Part shown: one piece after another, positions 13,617 through 21,775 of the stretch
Numbering within the stretch: position 1 is the first letter of the stretch
Layout: the number at the start of each line of letters is the position of its first letter
Source of the DNA: Anaeromyxobacter sp.
GTDB taxonomy: Bacteria; Myxococcota; Myxococcia; Myxococcales; Anaeromyxobacteraceae
Direction: 5' to 3'
Length of the DNA stretch: 64,000 nt
NCBI GenBank assembly: GCA_049840735.1
Contig: JASGJN010000020.1
Span: 832,001 to 896,000 of the forward strand
Position numbers and translations under genes: made by a program
The notes under the pieces: model-generated
Seen by the model: the letters and a program-made list of their open reading frames with translations, nothing else
Databases searched by the model: none
Told to the model about the DNA's origin: nothing

Positions 13617-13860
13617 CAACGGCGGATGCTAAGAGATGTCCCACGGTTCGCCAAGTGGCAAAGCGTGGGCCAGGTCGGTTCGCCATCGGGCCCGCTCGGG
13701 CGTGGTCTGGCTTTCGCCAGCCTCATCCCGGGTTGGGCCCGTGGCCGTGCCGACGATTCGCCGAGCCACCGGCTTGCTTGCCGGTGTGGACGTCCGCCAT
13801 GCGAAGGACGGCTCGCGGGCGAAGAGGTCGGTTGACTCGGACCGGGCGTCTTGCCGCCCG
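13612..13860 (-). ncRNA. Putative omega-RNA scaffold plus flanking guide
   Basis: Nested stems at the tnpB 3' end and element end, including CUGGC-GAAA-GCCAG and CACCGGC/GCCGGTG; boundaries are inferred. Confidence 0.55.
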
Positions 13861-15614
13861 AGACAGCAAGGGCTTCGAAGAAGGCTCCCGATTTGTTCGC
13901 GGGCGCGCTTGGTCGCATCGTAGTCGACGCGCGCCGAGCCGGGCTCGCCGGGCCGATTGAGGACGAGGAAGGCGCCGAGGACCGCGGAGACGGCGTCCCT
14001 GTCCCCTTCCAGCCCGCATCGGGGGCAACGGTGGACCCGTTCGGCAAGCGACTTCTCCACCCGGGCGCCGCAGGGGCAGTGCTGGGACAGGGCTGTGGTC
14101 TGCGTGGGGATCCGGACCACGCCGCCAACGCCCCCGGCAAACGCAGCGACGGCCCGAGCCTCCCGGTCGATGGCAGCGACCAGCGTCCCCGGCGTGAACG
14201 CGGCCACACCGCGCCCCCATCTGCGCGCCCAGACGGAGATGGCCACGTCCTCGACGAAGAGGCGGTAGCCGTGAGTCCGCACAACCTCTGCCGCGGACTG
14301 CCGAGCCCGGCCGCGCCGTGCCTGGCCGCACGACGCTGCATCGGCAGCCTGCGCTGCGCGGAGAAGGCGGTAGCGCTTCGAGAGCGAGTCCCGCCGGTGG
14401 GCCTGGAGCGGGACGCCATCGAACCGCGCCAACCGTGGACCTCCAGGGATCACCTCGACCGGCGGGAGGCCGGCGGCAGCCCGCCGGCGGGCCCGCTTCT
14501 CCTGCCGCCTGGAGAGCTGGTACTCCGCCCGGTTTGCCGCCCGGCGCGACCGCTCCAGGGCACGCTGCCTGCGCCGTTCACGGCGCTTGCGACCCCGGTC
14601 CCGCACCTTGGCCTGGCCGTCCAGCTCCATCTTTGTGAGCCGCAGGCCCGCCCCAGCCATCTGGGAGACGACAGTCAAGTTGGACACGTTGACGTCAATC
14701 CCCGCCATGCGCTCCGCTTCGTCCTTGGCCGCCGCTTCCCGCCGCGCCTGCGTCGAAGGTGAGACGTACGGCTGGGCGAGGACCATCAGATGCGCCTCGT
14801 ACCGCCAGCCACCGGGCGCATACGGCGCGCGCGTACGCACGAGGTCGACCTTGTGCCAGCGGGCCGGGTCGACCAGGTGATGGTCCAGGATGGGCTGGTT
14901 GCACGGGGCGGTGGGGAGACGGACCGGCAGGACCAGGGCGCCTCCAGCCAGGCCGCTGAAGACCAGGGCCAGCGGCCCCTGGTAGGCCCACCAGTCGGTT
15001 CGCGGGGCAGCGGCCTCGGGGAGCTGGAGTCGCCTCGGCTGCACGAAGCTGCCGTCTGGCCTGGTGTACCTGGCCCGGTGGCCGGCGAGGGAGCCGTGGA
15101 GCCGGAAAGTCTCCCATTTCCGCTCCCGGGTGTGTGAGCGGGCCCGGCCAGGGAGCCGGGTGAAGTCGAACCAGCGCCCGACGTGGAGGAGCCCATGCCG
15201 CTTGCCGGTAGCGTCGGGGAACAGGTGGCGCTCCACCGACGTCCAGACCGAGTCGGCAAGGTGCATCGCCAGCGCCTTGGTGACGTTCCGCCGGAGGTGA
15301 GGCGCCGCGTCGAGGTGGGCGTAGGCTGTCTGCTCCAGCGCCTCACGCGTGAGTCCCAGTCTGGTGCGGGTCTCGGAGGCGCTTCGGGCCCGCGCATCCC
15401 CCGCCGCCCAGTAGGCCCGCACCCGGTCCCTTGCCGTCCGCTGCAGCGCTCGCCGGAGCTGGTAGGCCCCGGAGAAGATTCCCTCGAGCCGACGTCGCTG
15501 CACCGGGTCGTGGATGTCCAGCGCGAGCCGCAGCACAGAGAGCCCGTCCTCGGGCCGGCGGCTCCAGGGCCGCTGCCGGTTCGGACCACGGGTTGGCTTG
15601 GCAGACGCGCTCAC
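13629..15614 (-). CDS. tnpB: TnpB/Cas12-like RNA-guided RuvC endonuclease (C2c8/V-U2-like clade), ~661 aa
   Basis: RuvC-I AGIDVNVS, Arg-rich bridge region, RuvC-II LFVEDV, TTALSQHCPCG..HRCPRC zinc finger, RuvC-III DRDAVSA; GTG 15614 preferred as start, the ORF extends to 15821. Confidence 0.85.
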   Translation of the reverse strand: MSASAKPTRGPNRQRPWSRRPEDGLSVLRLALDIHDPVQRRRLEGIFSGAYQLRRALQRTARDRVRAYWAAGDARARSASETRTRLGLTREALEQTAYAHLDAAPHLRRNVTKALAMHLADSVWTSVERHLFPDATGKRHGLLHVGRWFDFTRLPGRARSHTRERKWETFRLHGSLAGHRARYTRPDGSFVQPRRLQLPEAAAPRTDWWAYQGPLALVFSGLAGGALVLPVRLPTAPCNQPILDHHLVDPARWHKVDLVRTRAPYAPGGWRYEAHLMVLAQPYVSPSTQARREAAAKDEAERMAGIDVNVSNLTVVSQMAGAGLRLTKMELDGQAKVRDRGRKRRERRRQRALERSRRAANRAEYQLSRRQEKRARRRAAAGLPPVEVIPGGPRLARFDGVPLQAHRRDSLSKRYRLLRAAQAADAASCGQARRGRARQSAAEVVRTHGYRLFVEDVAISVWARRWGRGVAAFTPGTLVAAIDREARAVAAFAGGVGGVVRIPTQTTALSQHCPCGARVEKSLAERVHRCPRCGLEGDRDAVSAVLGAFLVLNRPGEPGSARVDYDATKRAREQIGSLLRSPCCLGRQDARSESTDLFAREPSFAWRTSTPASKPVARRIVGTATGPTRDEAGESQTTPERARWRTDLAHALPLGEPWDIS

Positions 15615-15875
15615 CCGCTCATCGTGAATCCGGACCCTGACATTCCGTTCAGCACGACGGAGCAGGTCGTCCGCGGATCGACGGCGACCAAACCGGATCG
15701 TTCGCGACGCCGGCCTGGCGCCGTCACCGCAAAGCGCGCCCGCGTCGAGCACGTCCTCGCTCGCCTCAACGACTGGAGCGTCCTCGGGACCACCGCCGAC
15801 GGGGGTGCCACCCGAATGCACCGTCGCCGCCCGGCCTTCCTCTACGACCTCAAGCTCGAAGTTCGGGACGCCTCT
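13632..15875. mobile_element. Non-autonomous TIR element (IS5/ISL2-derived) carrying a TnpB-like nuclease
   Basis: Ends AGAGATGTCCC (13632-13642) and GGGACGCCTCT (15865-15875) form a 9/11 inverted repeat; flanked by TA (13630-31) and TG (15876-77); removing it restores the vanZ frame (..ARASIRR*) with a TGATG overlap into the next gene. Confidence 0.85.
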
Positions 15876-15878
15876 TGG
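15690..15878 (+). pseudogene. 3' relic of an IS5-family (ISL2/IS112-like, Harbinger-related) DDE transposase
   Basis: Across frameshifts reads NRIVRD..WRRHRK/RARVEHVLARLNDWSVL/RDHRRRG../AFLYDLKLEVRDAS; contains the R..VE...ARL..W catalytic-Glu signature and ends in the right TIR. Confidence 0.75.
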
Positions 15879-16260
15879 CCCGCGCCCCGGCGCGCCGCAA
15901 GGCGATGGTCACCGCGACCGCGCCGGCCAGCGCCCCGGCGGTATCGGCGGCCCAGTCGGTCGGGTCGCTGGAGCGGCCCGGCACGTAGGCCTGGTGCCAC
16001 TCGTCGGTCACGCCGTAGAGGCTGCCCACCGCGGCGGCCAGCAGCAGCACGCGCGCAGATCGGACCCCCGCCGCGTGCAGGGCGCCGGCCAGCAGCGCGC
16101 CCAGCACCGCGTAGCCCGCGCCGTGCGAGAGCTTGTCGTGCAGGAGGAAGGCCTCGGGGAACGGCGGCCGGGCGAGCGACGAGAGCCAGGCGATGAGCCC
16201 GGCCCACGCCACCGCGGCGAGCCCCAGCGCCAGGGCGGTGCGCCTCGCTGCGCCGCTCAC
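15850..16260 (-). CDS. VanZ family membrane protein (C-terminus altered by the insertion)
   Basis: DKLSHGAGY, YGVTDEWHQAYVPGR, DWAADTAG motifs; GTGA overlap with the miaB stop. Confidence 0.85.
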   Translation of the reverse strand: MSGAARRTALALGLAAVAWAGLIAWLSSLARPPFPEAFLLHDKLSHGAGYAVLGALLAGALHAAGVRSARVLLLAAAVGSLYGVTDEWHQAYVPGRSSDPTDWAADTAGALAGAVAVTIALRRAGARAKRRPELRA

Positions 16261-17648
16261 GCCAGCACGCCAGAGAGCGAGCTGCCCCCGGAGCGGGTGA
16301 TGCGCGCGCGCACCAGCGCGCCGGCCGGGGCCTCCGCCTCGCTCGCCGCCAGGTGGACCATCCGGTTCTCCGGGGTCCGTCCCAGCCGCTCGCCGGGCTC
16401 CTCCGACGGGCCCTCCACCAGCACCTCCACCTCGGCCCCGAGCTGGCTGGCCAGGATCCCGACGGCGATGTGGCGCTGGGCGGCCAGCATCCGCTCCAGC
16501 CGCGCCACCGCCAGCTCGCGCGGCACCTCCTGCCACTCCGGCCCGGAGCCGAGCCGCAGGCTGGCCACCGTGTGCGGCCGCGGGCTGAAGACGAAGGCGA
16601 AGATCTGCTCGTAGCGCGCCCGCTCCAGCAGGGCCATGGAGCGCTCGAAGTCCTGGTCCGTCTCGCCCGGGAAGCCCACGATGAAGTCGGTGGTGACGGC
16701 GATGCCGGGGCGCGCCGCGCGCAGCCGGTCGAAGCGCTCCAGGTACGCCTCCACCCCGTAGTCGCGCCGCATCCGCGCCAGCACCGGGTCCGAGCCGGAC
16801 TGCACCGGCAGGTGGAAGTGCGGCATCACCTTGGGCTCGTCGCGGAAGGCCTCGATGAGCGCGTCGGAGAGGTCGTGGGGGTGGCTGGTGGTGAAGCGGA
16901 TGCGGGCGATCCCCGGCACCGCCGCCACGCGCCGGAGCAGGTCGGCGAAGGTGCAGCGGCCGGCGTAGGAGTTGACGTTCTGGCCGATGAGCGTCACCTC
17001 GCGGACGCCCACCTCGGCCAGCGCGGCGCACTCGGCCACCACCTCCGGGAACGGCCGCGACACCTCGCGGCCGCGGGTGTGCGGCACGATGCAGAAGGCG
17101 CAGACGTTGTCGCAGCCCTTCATGGCGGTGACGAAGGCGGTGGCCCGCCCCCGGGCCGCCTCCGGGTCGGCGCGGGGGAAGACGTACTCCTCCGAGTCCA
17201 TCCACCCGGTCTCGGCGAACCGCTCGCTGGCCCGCGCGCGGGCCACCAGCTCCGGCAGCCTGCCGATGTTGTCCGGCCCGAAGACGAAGTCCACGTAGGG
17301 GACCCGCTGCAGCAGCCGGTCCTTCTCCTGCTGCGCCACGCAGCCGGAGACGGCGATCAGCGCCCCGCGGCGCGCCTTCACCTCGCGGTAGCGCCCCAGC
17401 GCCGATAGCAGCTTCTGCTCCGCCTTCTCGCGCACCGCGCAGGTGTTGAGCAGGATGAGGTCGGCCTCGTCCGGCGTGGCGGCGCGGCCGAAGGCGTGGC
17501 GGCCCAGCAGCTCGACCATGCGGTCGGAGTCCGACTCGTTCATCTGGCAGCCGAAGGTGTGGACGTACACCTTCTGCGCCGGCGGCGCGGACGGCGCCGG
17601 GGCGGGCTCGCCGGCGGGCTTCCTGGTGAGCGGGACGAGATCGGACAC
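16257..17648 (-). CDS. miaB: tRNA ms2i6A37 methylthiotransferase
   Basis: TFGCQMNESDS, NTCAVREKAE, GCDNVCAFCIVP, FIVGFPGET, C-terminal TRAM domain. Confidence 0.95.
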   Translation of the reverse strand: MSDLVPLTRKPAGEPAPAPSAPPAQKVYVHTFGCQMNESDSDRMVELLGRHAFGRAATPDEADLILLNTCAVREKAEQKLLSALGRYREVKARRGALIAVSGCVAQQEKDRLLQRVPYVDFVFGPDNIGRLPELVARARASERFAETGWMDSEEYVFPRADPEAARGRATAFVTAMKGCDNVCAFCIVPHTRGREVSRPFPEVVAECAALAEVGVREVTLIGQNVNSYAGRCTFADLLRRVAAVPGIARIRFTTSHPHDLSDALIEAFRDEPKVMPHFHLPVQSGSDPVLARMRRDYGVEAYLERFDRLRAARPGIAVTTDFIVGFPGETDQDFERSMALLERARYEQIFAFVFSPRPHTVASLRLGSGPEWQEVPRELAVARLERMLAAQRHIAVGILASQLGAEVEVLVEGPSEEPGERLGRTPENRMVHLAASEAEAPAGALVRARITRSGGSSLSGVLA

Positions 17649-17687
17649 GGGGCGGTAGGTATTGAATCCGGCGGCCGCAGTCAACTG

Positions 17688-17860
17688 AACGGGGGCCTGC
17701 GGCCCCCGCCCCGCCGGCAGAGCCGTCGGGGCCCCACCCCTGCTGCGGCGGAGCCTGGCGCGCTGCGGCCTGTCGGCCTTTGCGCGCTATCCGCCGGAGA
17801 GGGGCTGCGCCCCTCCCCCAGCTGCGCTGGGGCCCCCACCCCGCGGACCGCGACAGGCCT
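17688..17860. repeat. Intergenic palindrome cluster, REP-like family B
   Basis: GAGGGGCTGCGCCCCTC-CCCCAGCTGCGCTGGGG-CCCCCACCCCGC (17799-17844) recurs at 62421-62475; further nested hairpins. Confidence 0.6.
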
Positions 17861-17885
17861 GCGCCCCATCGACCGCTCGTCCCCT

Positions 17886-19280
17886 TCAGCGCGGCACGAG
17901 CGCGTCGGCGATCCCCTCCAGCTCGGCCAGGGTGGTCACCGGCGCCACCCGATCGCAGCGGCGCGCGTAGAGCGGCATGTCGCTGTCCCCCGAGCCCCAG
18001 GCCTGGCGCGGCTCGGGGCAGATCCAGAGCACCCGCCGGGCGCGCCGCCGCAGCTCCTCCAGGACCCACGCCTCCGGCGGGTTGTAGTTGTTGCGGCCGT
18101 CCCCCACCACCAGCACGGTGGTCCGGCGCGTGACGGCGCCCAGGAAGTCGCGGTGGAAGGTGCGCAGCACGCGGCCGTAGTTGGAGTTCGCGGCCAGGCT
18201 CACCGCCCGCGCCGCCACCGCCAGGTCCGCGGCGCGCGAGGGATCCCGCTCGGCCCGGAGCTGGGCGGTCACCTCGGCCAGGTCGGAGACGAAGACGAAG
18301 GTCCGCACCCGGGTGAAGAGCGTCTGGAGCGTGTAGAGGAAGAGCAGCATGAGCCGGGTGACGTGGCGCACCGACTCGGACACGTCGCACAGCACCACCA
18401 GCTCGGGCCGGTGCGGCCGGCGCAGCCGGAAGAGCAGCCGGGCCGGGAAGCCGCCCAGCCCCAGGTTCCGCCGCAGCGTGCGCCGCACCGCCAGCACCCC
18501 GCGGCGCCGCGAGCGGTCGCGCCGCACCAGCCGCGTGCGGAGCCGCTCCGCCAGCCGCCGCACCGCCGCCTCCACGCGCACCGCCTCCTCGCGCGAGACC
18601 GGCGCCAGCCCGGCGGCGGCGTCCTGGCGCTCGCGCACCGTCCGCGCCCGCCCCTCCAGCTCGGCCACGGTCCGGGCCGCCGCCTCCACCTTGCGCAGCG
18701 CCGCGTCCAGCCGCTCGGCCACCAGCTGCACCCGGTCCGGATTCGAGCCCGCGCTCGCGCAGGGCCGCCTCGAGCCGCGCCAGGTCGTCCTCCAGCGCGG
18801 CGCCGCCCGCGGCGGCCAGGACCCGCCGCGCCTGGAAGCCGGCCGCGCCGGCCGAGCCGCCGGAGAAGTCCACCTGCAGCGCCGCGCCGCGGAGCAGCCG
18901 CGCCAGCAGCGCCGGGTCGCCCTCCAGCGCGGCCCGGGCCAGCGGGCTCATCCCCGCGGTGAGCTGCTCCAGCGTGCGGGCGATCATCTCAGATCGTCCC
19001 CCTCCAGCAGCCCCTGCTCGCGCAGCTCGCGCAGCAGCCCGCGCTCCAGCCCCTCCAGCAGGCGGCCGGCCGGGGAGAAGAAGAGCTCGAAGAGCCCGTC
19101 GAAGACCTTCACGTCGGCGGCGCGCTTCACCAGCGTGGCGCGCAGCGCGCCGCGGAGGGCGGCCCGATCCTCGACCCCGGTCAGCGCGGCCGCGGCCACG
19201 GCGTCGGCCACCTCGGCCGGCGAGGCGCGGACCCCGTTGGACCGGAGCAGGCCGGCGAACTCGACGACGCGCGCGTCCAC
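17886..19280 (-). CDS. VWA/CoxE-like protein, split by two compensating single-base indels
   Basis: MDARVVEFAGLLR N-terminus, LCDVSESV, SNYG, VVGDGRNN, WICPEP; -1 at ~18990 and +1 at ~18742; total span is 465 codons. Confidence 0.8.
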
Positions 19281-19409
19281 GCGTGGACTGTAGCGGGCAA
19301 CGGACCTCGGGCGTCAGGCCTCAGGTGGAGCGCTCGCTGGGTCCGGGGGCCCCAGGGCTGGTGCCTTCCCGGCTGCGCCCCGCCCCGGAACCGGGTACAC
19401 CAGTGGCCC

Positions 19410-20651
19410 ATGGGCTCGCCCGTCACCTGGCTCTTCCTGGCGTTCTTCACCGCCCAGCTCGCCATCGAGGCCAGCCTGCTCGTCCTCAACCTGCGCCGCG
19501 CCTCGGAGCGGCACGGCGTGCCCCCGGCGCTGGCCGGCCTCATCGACCCGGCGGTCGCCCAGCGCAGCCGGGCCTACACGCTGGCCAACGGTCGCTTCGC
19601 GCTGGTCTCGATGGTCTTCTCCGCCGCGACCACGCTGGTGGTGCTCCTCTCCGGCCTGCTGCCCTGGCTGGACCGCACGCTGGCCGCCGCAGGCCTGCAG
19701 GGCGCGCACCGCTTCGTCGCGTTCCTGGTGGCGCTCTCGCTGGGCGCCAGCCTGCTGGGCCTCCCCTTCTCCGTCTACCGGACCTTCGTGCTGGAGCAGC
19801 GGTTCGGCTTCAACCGGGTGGGCCCGCGGCTCTGGATCCTGGACCGGGTGAAGGGGCTCGCGCTCCAGGCGCTGCTGGGCATCCCGCTGCTGTACGCGGT
19901 CCACGCCTTCATGCGCTACGCGGGCGGCCTGTGGTGGCTGTGGCTGTTCGGGTTCCTGCTGCTGGTCCAGGTGCTGCTGCGCTGGGCCTACCCGACGCTC
20001 ATCGCCCCGCTCTTCAACCGCTTCGCGCCGCTGCCGGTGGGGCCGCTGCGGGAGCGGCTGGAGGCGCTGGCCAGCGAGGCCGGCTTCGAGAACCGGGGGC
20101 TGTTCGTGATGGACGCCTCGCGCCGCTCCGGCCACTCCAACGCCTACTTCACCGGCATCGTGCGGCCGCGCATCGTCCTGTTCGACACGCTGGTGCAGGC
20201 CATGAGCGTGGACGAGGCCGCGAGCGTGCTGGCCCACGAGATTGGCCACTTCCGCCGCAGGCACGTGCACAAGGGGCTGGCGCTCTCGGCCGCCATGACG
20301 CTGGCGCTGCTCTACGCGCTCTCGCTGCTGGTCGCCTGGACGCCGCTCTACGCCGCCTTCGGCTTCGACGCCCCCTCGTTCCACGCGGCGCTGGCGCTGT
20401 TCACGCTGGGCGGGGGCGCGTTCCTGTTCTGGATGGCGCCGCTGGGCGCCCTGCTCTCGCGGCGGCACGAGTACGAGGCCGACCGCTACGCGGTGGCCCT
20501 GGCGCGCGCGCCGGCCTCGCTCAAGAGCGCGCTGCTGCGGCTCAACGGGGAGAACCTCTCCAACCTGCACCCGCACCCGTGGTACAGCGCCTGGCACTAC
20601 AGCCACCCGGCGCTGGTGGAGCGGCTGGCGGCGATAGATCGCGCGGCGTGA
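19410..20651 (+). CDS. M48 family (Ste24-like) membrane zinc metalloprotease
   Basis: DASRRSGHSNAYFTG, HEIGH, EYEADRYA, YSHPALVER. Confidence 0.92.
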   Translation: MGSPVTWLFLAFFTAQLAIEASLLVLNLRRASERHGVPPALAGLIDPAVAQRSRAYTLANGRFALVSMVFSAATTLVVLLSGLLPWLDRTLAAAGLQGAHRFVAFLVALSLGASLLGLPFSVYRTFVLEQRFGFNRVGPRLWILDRVKGLALQALLGIPLLYAVHAFMRYAGGLWWLWLFGFLLLVQVLLRWAYPTLIAPLFNRFAPLPVGPLRERLEALASEAGFENRGLFVMDASRRSGHSNAYFTGIVRPRIVLFDTLVQAMSVDEAASVLAHEIGHFRRRHVHKGLALSAAMTLALLYALSLLVAWTPLYAAFGFDAPSFHAALALFTLGGGAFLFWMAPLGALLSRRHEYEADRYAVALARAPASLKSALLRLNGENLSNLHPHPWYSAWHYSHPALVERLAAIDRAA

Positions 20652-20667
20652 GGCGCTCGCCCCGCCC

Positions 20668-21621
20668 CTACCCGAACTTGAACGGCATCACCACCGAGAG
20701 CTCGAGCGGGCCCTGGGCGTTCGACCCGGGCACGAACTTGCAGCCCTTGACCGCATCCCAGATGGCGTCGCTGACGCGCTTGTCGGGCGGGGTGCCCAGC
20801 ACCTCGAACTGCTTGGGGACGCCGTCGGTGCCCACCGCGAACTTGACCGTGACGGCGCCGGGCGGCGTGGAGAGGCGCGGCAGGCGGATGGCGTCCATCA
20901 CGCAGCGCGGGCTCTCCAGCCTCGGCTTCACGATGTCGCCGGAGACGGGCGCGGGGCGCGGGGGCGTGGTCACCGCGACCGGCTGCACCGGGGCGGGCGC
21001 TGGCGCGGCCGGAGCCGGAGCCGGAGCCGGCGCGGGCGCGACGGCCACGATTGGCGCTGGGGCCGGAGCGGCGGGAGCGGCGGCCGGCGCGGCGGCGGTC
21101 CGGGCCGGCCTGGCCCTGGGCTCGGGGCGCGGCTTCTCGTGGGCTCGGGCGGGCTTGTCCGCGGCGGGCGCGGCCGGGGCGGCCGGCGCAGGGGCCGGCG
21201 CGACCTCGGCGACCGGGGCCGGGGCGGGCTGGACCGGCGCGGCCGCGACCGGGGCCGGCGGCGGCGTGGCGGCGGGGGTGGGCTCGGGGGGCGGGCCACC
21301 GCTGGTGGCCCACCAGGCGGCGCCGCCCACCACGGCGGCAGAGAGCACCACCACGCCGATCAGCAGCGGCGCCGCGCTCCCCTTCTTCGTGGCCGGCACG
21401 GCGGCGAAGGCGGGCCCCGCCTCCGGCCCCTTGTAGCGCCGGCGGGCGTCCGGGGTGGGCGTGTGGCGCGGTCCGGGCGCGGGCGCCCCGGGCGCCTGGT
21501 CGTCCAGCACGAAGTCCTCGTACCCGCCCGCAGGCGCGACCGCGGCTCCGCAGGCGGGGCAGCGCTGGGCGGTGCCCGGCACGGCGGCGCCGCACGAGGC
21601 GCAGGTGGCGTCGGACTTCAT
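20668..21621 (-). CDS. Zinc-ribbon / TM / Pro-Ala linker / TonB-C-like protein
   Basis: CASCG..CPACG, one TM helix, PA repeats, GAVTVKFAVGTDG...CKFVPG...VVMPFKF; GGAGG RBS. Confidence 0.7.
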   Translation of the reverse strand: MKSDATCASCGAAVPGTAQRCPACGAAVAPAGGYEDFVLDDQAPGAPAPGPRHTPTPDARRRYKGPEAGPAFAAVPATKKGSAAPLLIGVVVLSAAVVGGAAWWATSGGPPPEPTPAATPPPAPVAAAPVQPAPAPVAEVAPAPAPAAPAAPAADKPARAHEKPRPEPRARPARTAAAPAAAPAAPAPAPIVAVAPAPAPAPAPAAPAPAPVQPVAVTTPPRPAPVSGDIVKPRLESPRCVMDAIRLPRLSTPPGAVTVKFAVGTDGVPKQFEVLGTPPDKRVSDAIWDAVKGCKFVPGSNAQGPLELSVVMPFKFG

Positions 21622-21775
21622 GGCTCTCCTCCCGGCCGGCGCGTCCTCCAGGGCGCGCGGGCACACCCTCCTTGTACCAGCCTGGACGCGGCCGGCCCAG
21701 ATCGGAGGGGAACCGTGAGTCCTACCTTGGCGCCTGCGCCTTCCGGCGGCCGCGCTCAGCGCGCGTGACGTGCGC

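Noticed and set aside
13615..13619. TTGAT (canonical IS605/ISDra2 TAM) on the minus strand near the element
   Set aside because: It lies downstream of tnpB on the guide side and is simply the TGA/ATG overlap of host genes
15615..15821. 69-residue N-terminal extension of TnpB (730-aa ORF) and the 66-aa ORF at 15611-15811
   Set aside because: Largely antisense to the transposase relic and lacking recognisable motifs; GTG 15614 is the more plausible start, though unproven
13500..16000. CRISPR array or cas1/cas2 next to the Cas12-like nuclease
   Set aside because: No regularly spaced direct repeats or cas genes are visible here or elsewhere in the window
15850..18987. 1045-aa ORF joining the CoxE fragment to vanZ
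   Set aside because: Frameshift artefact running through miaB out of frame
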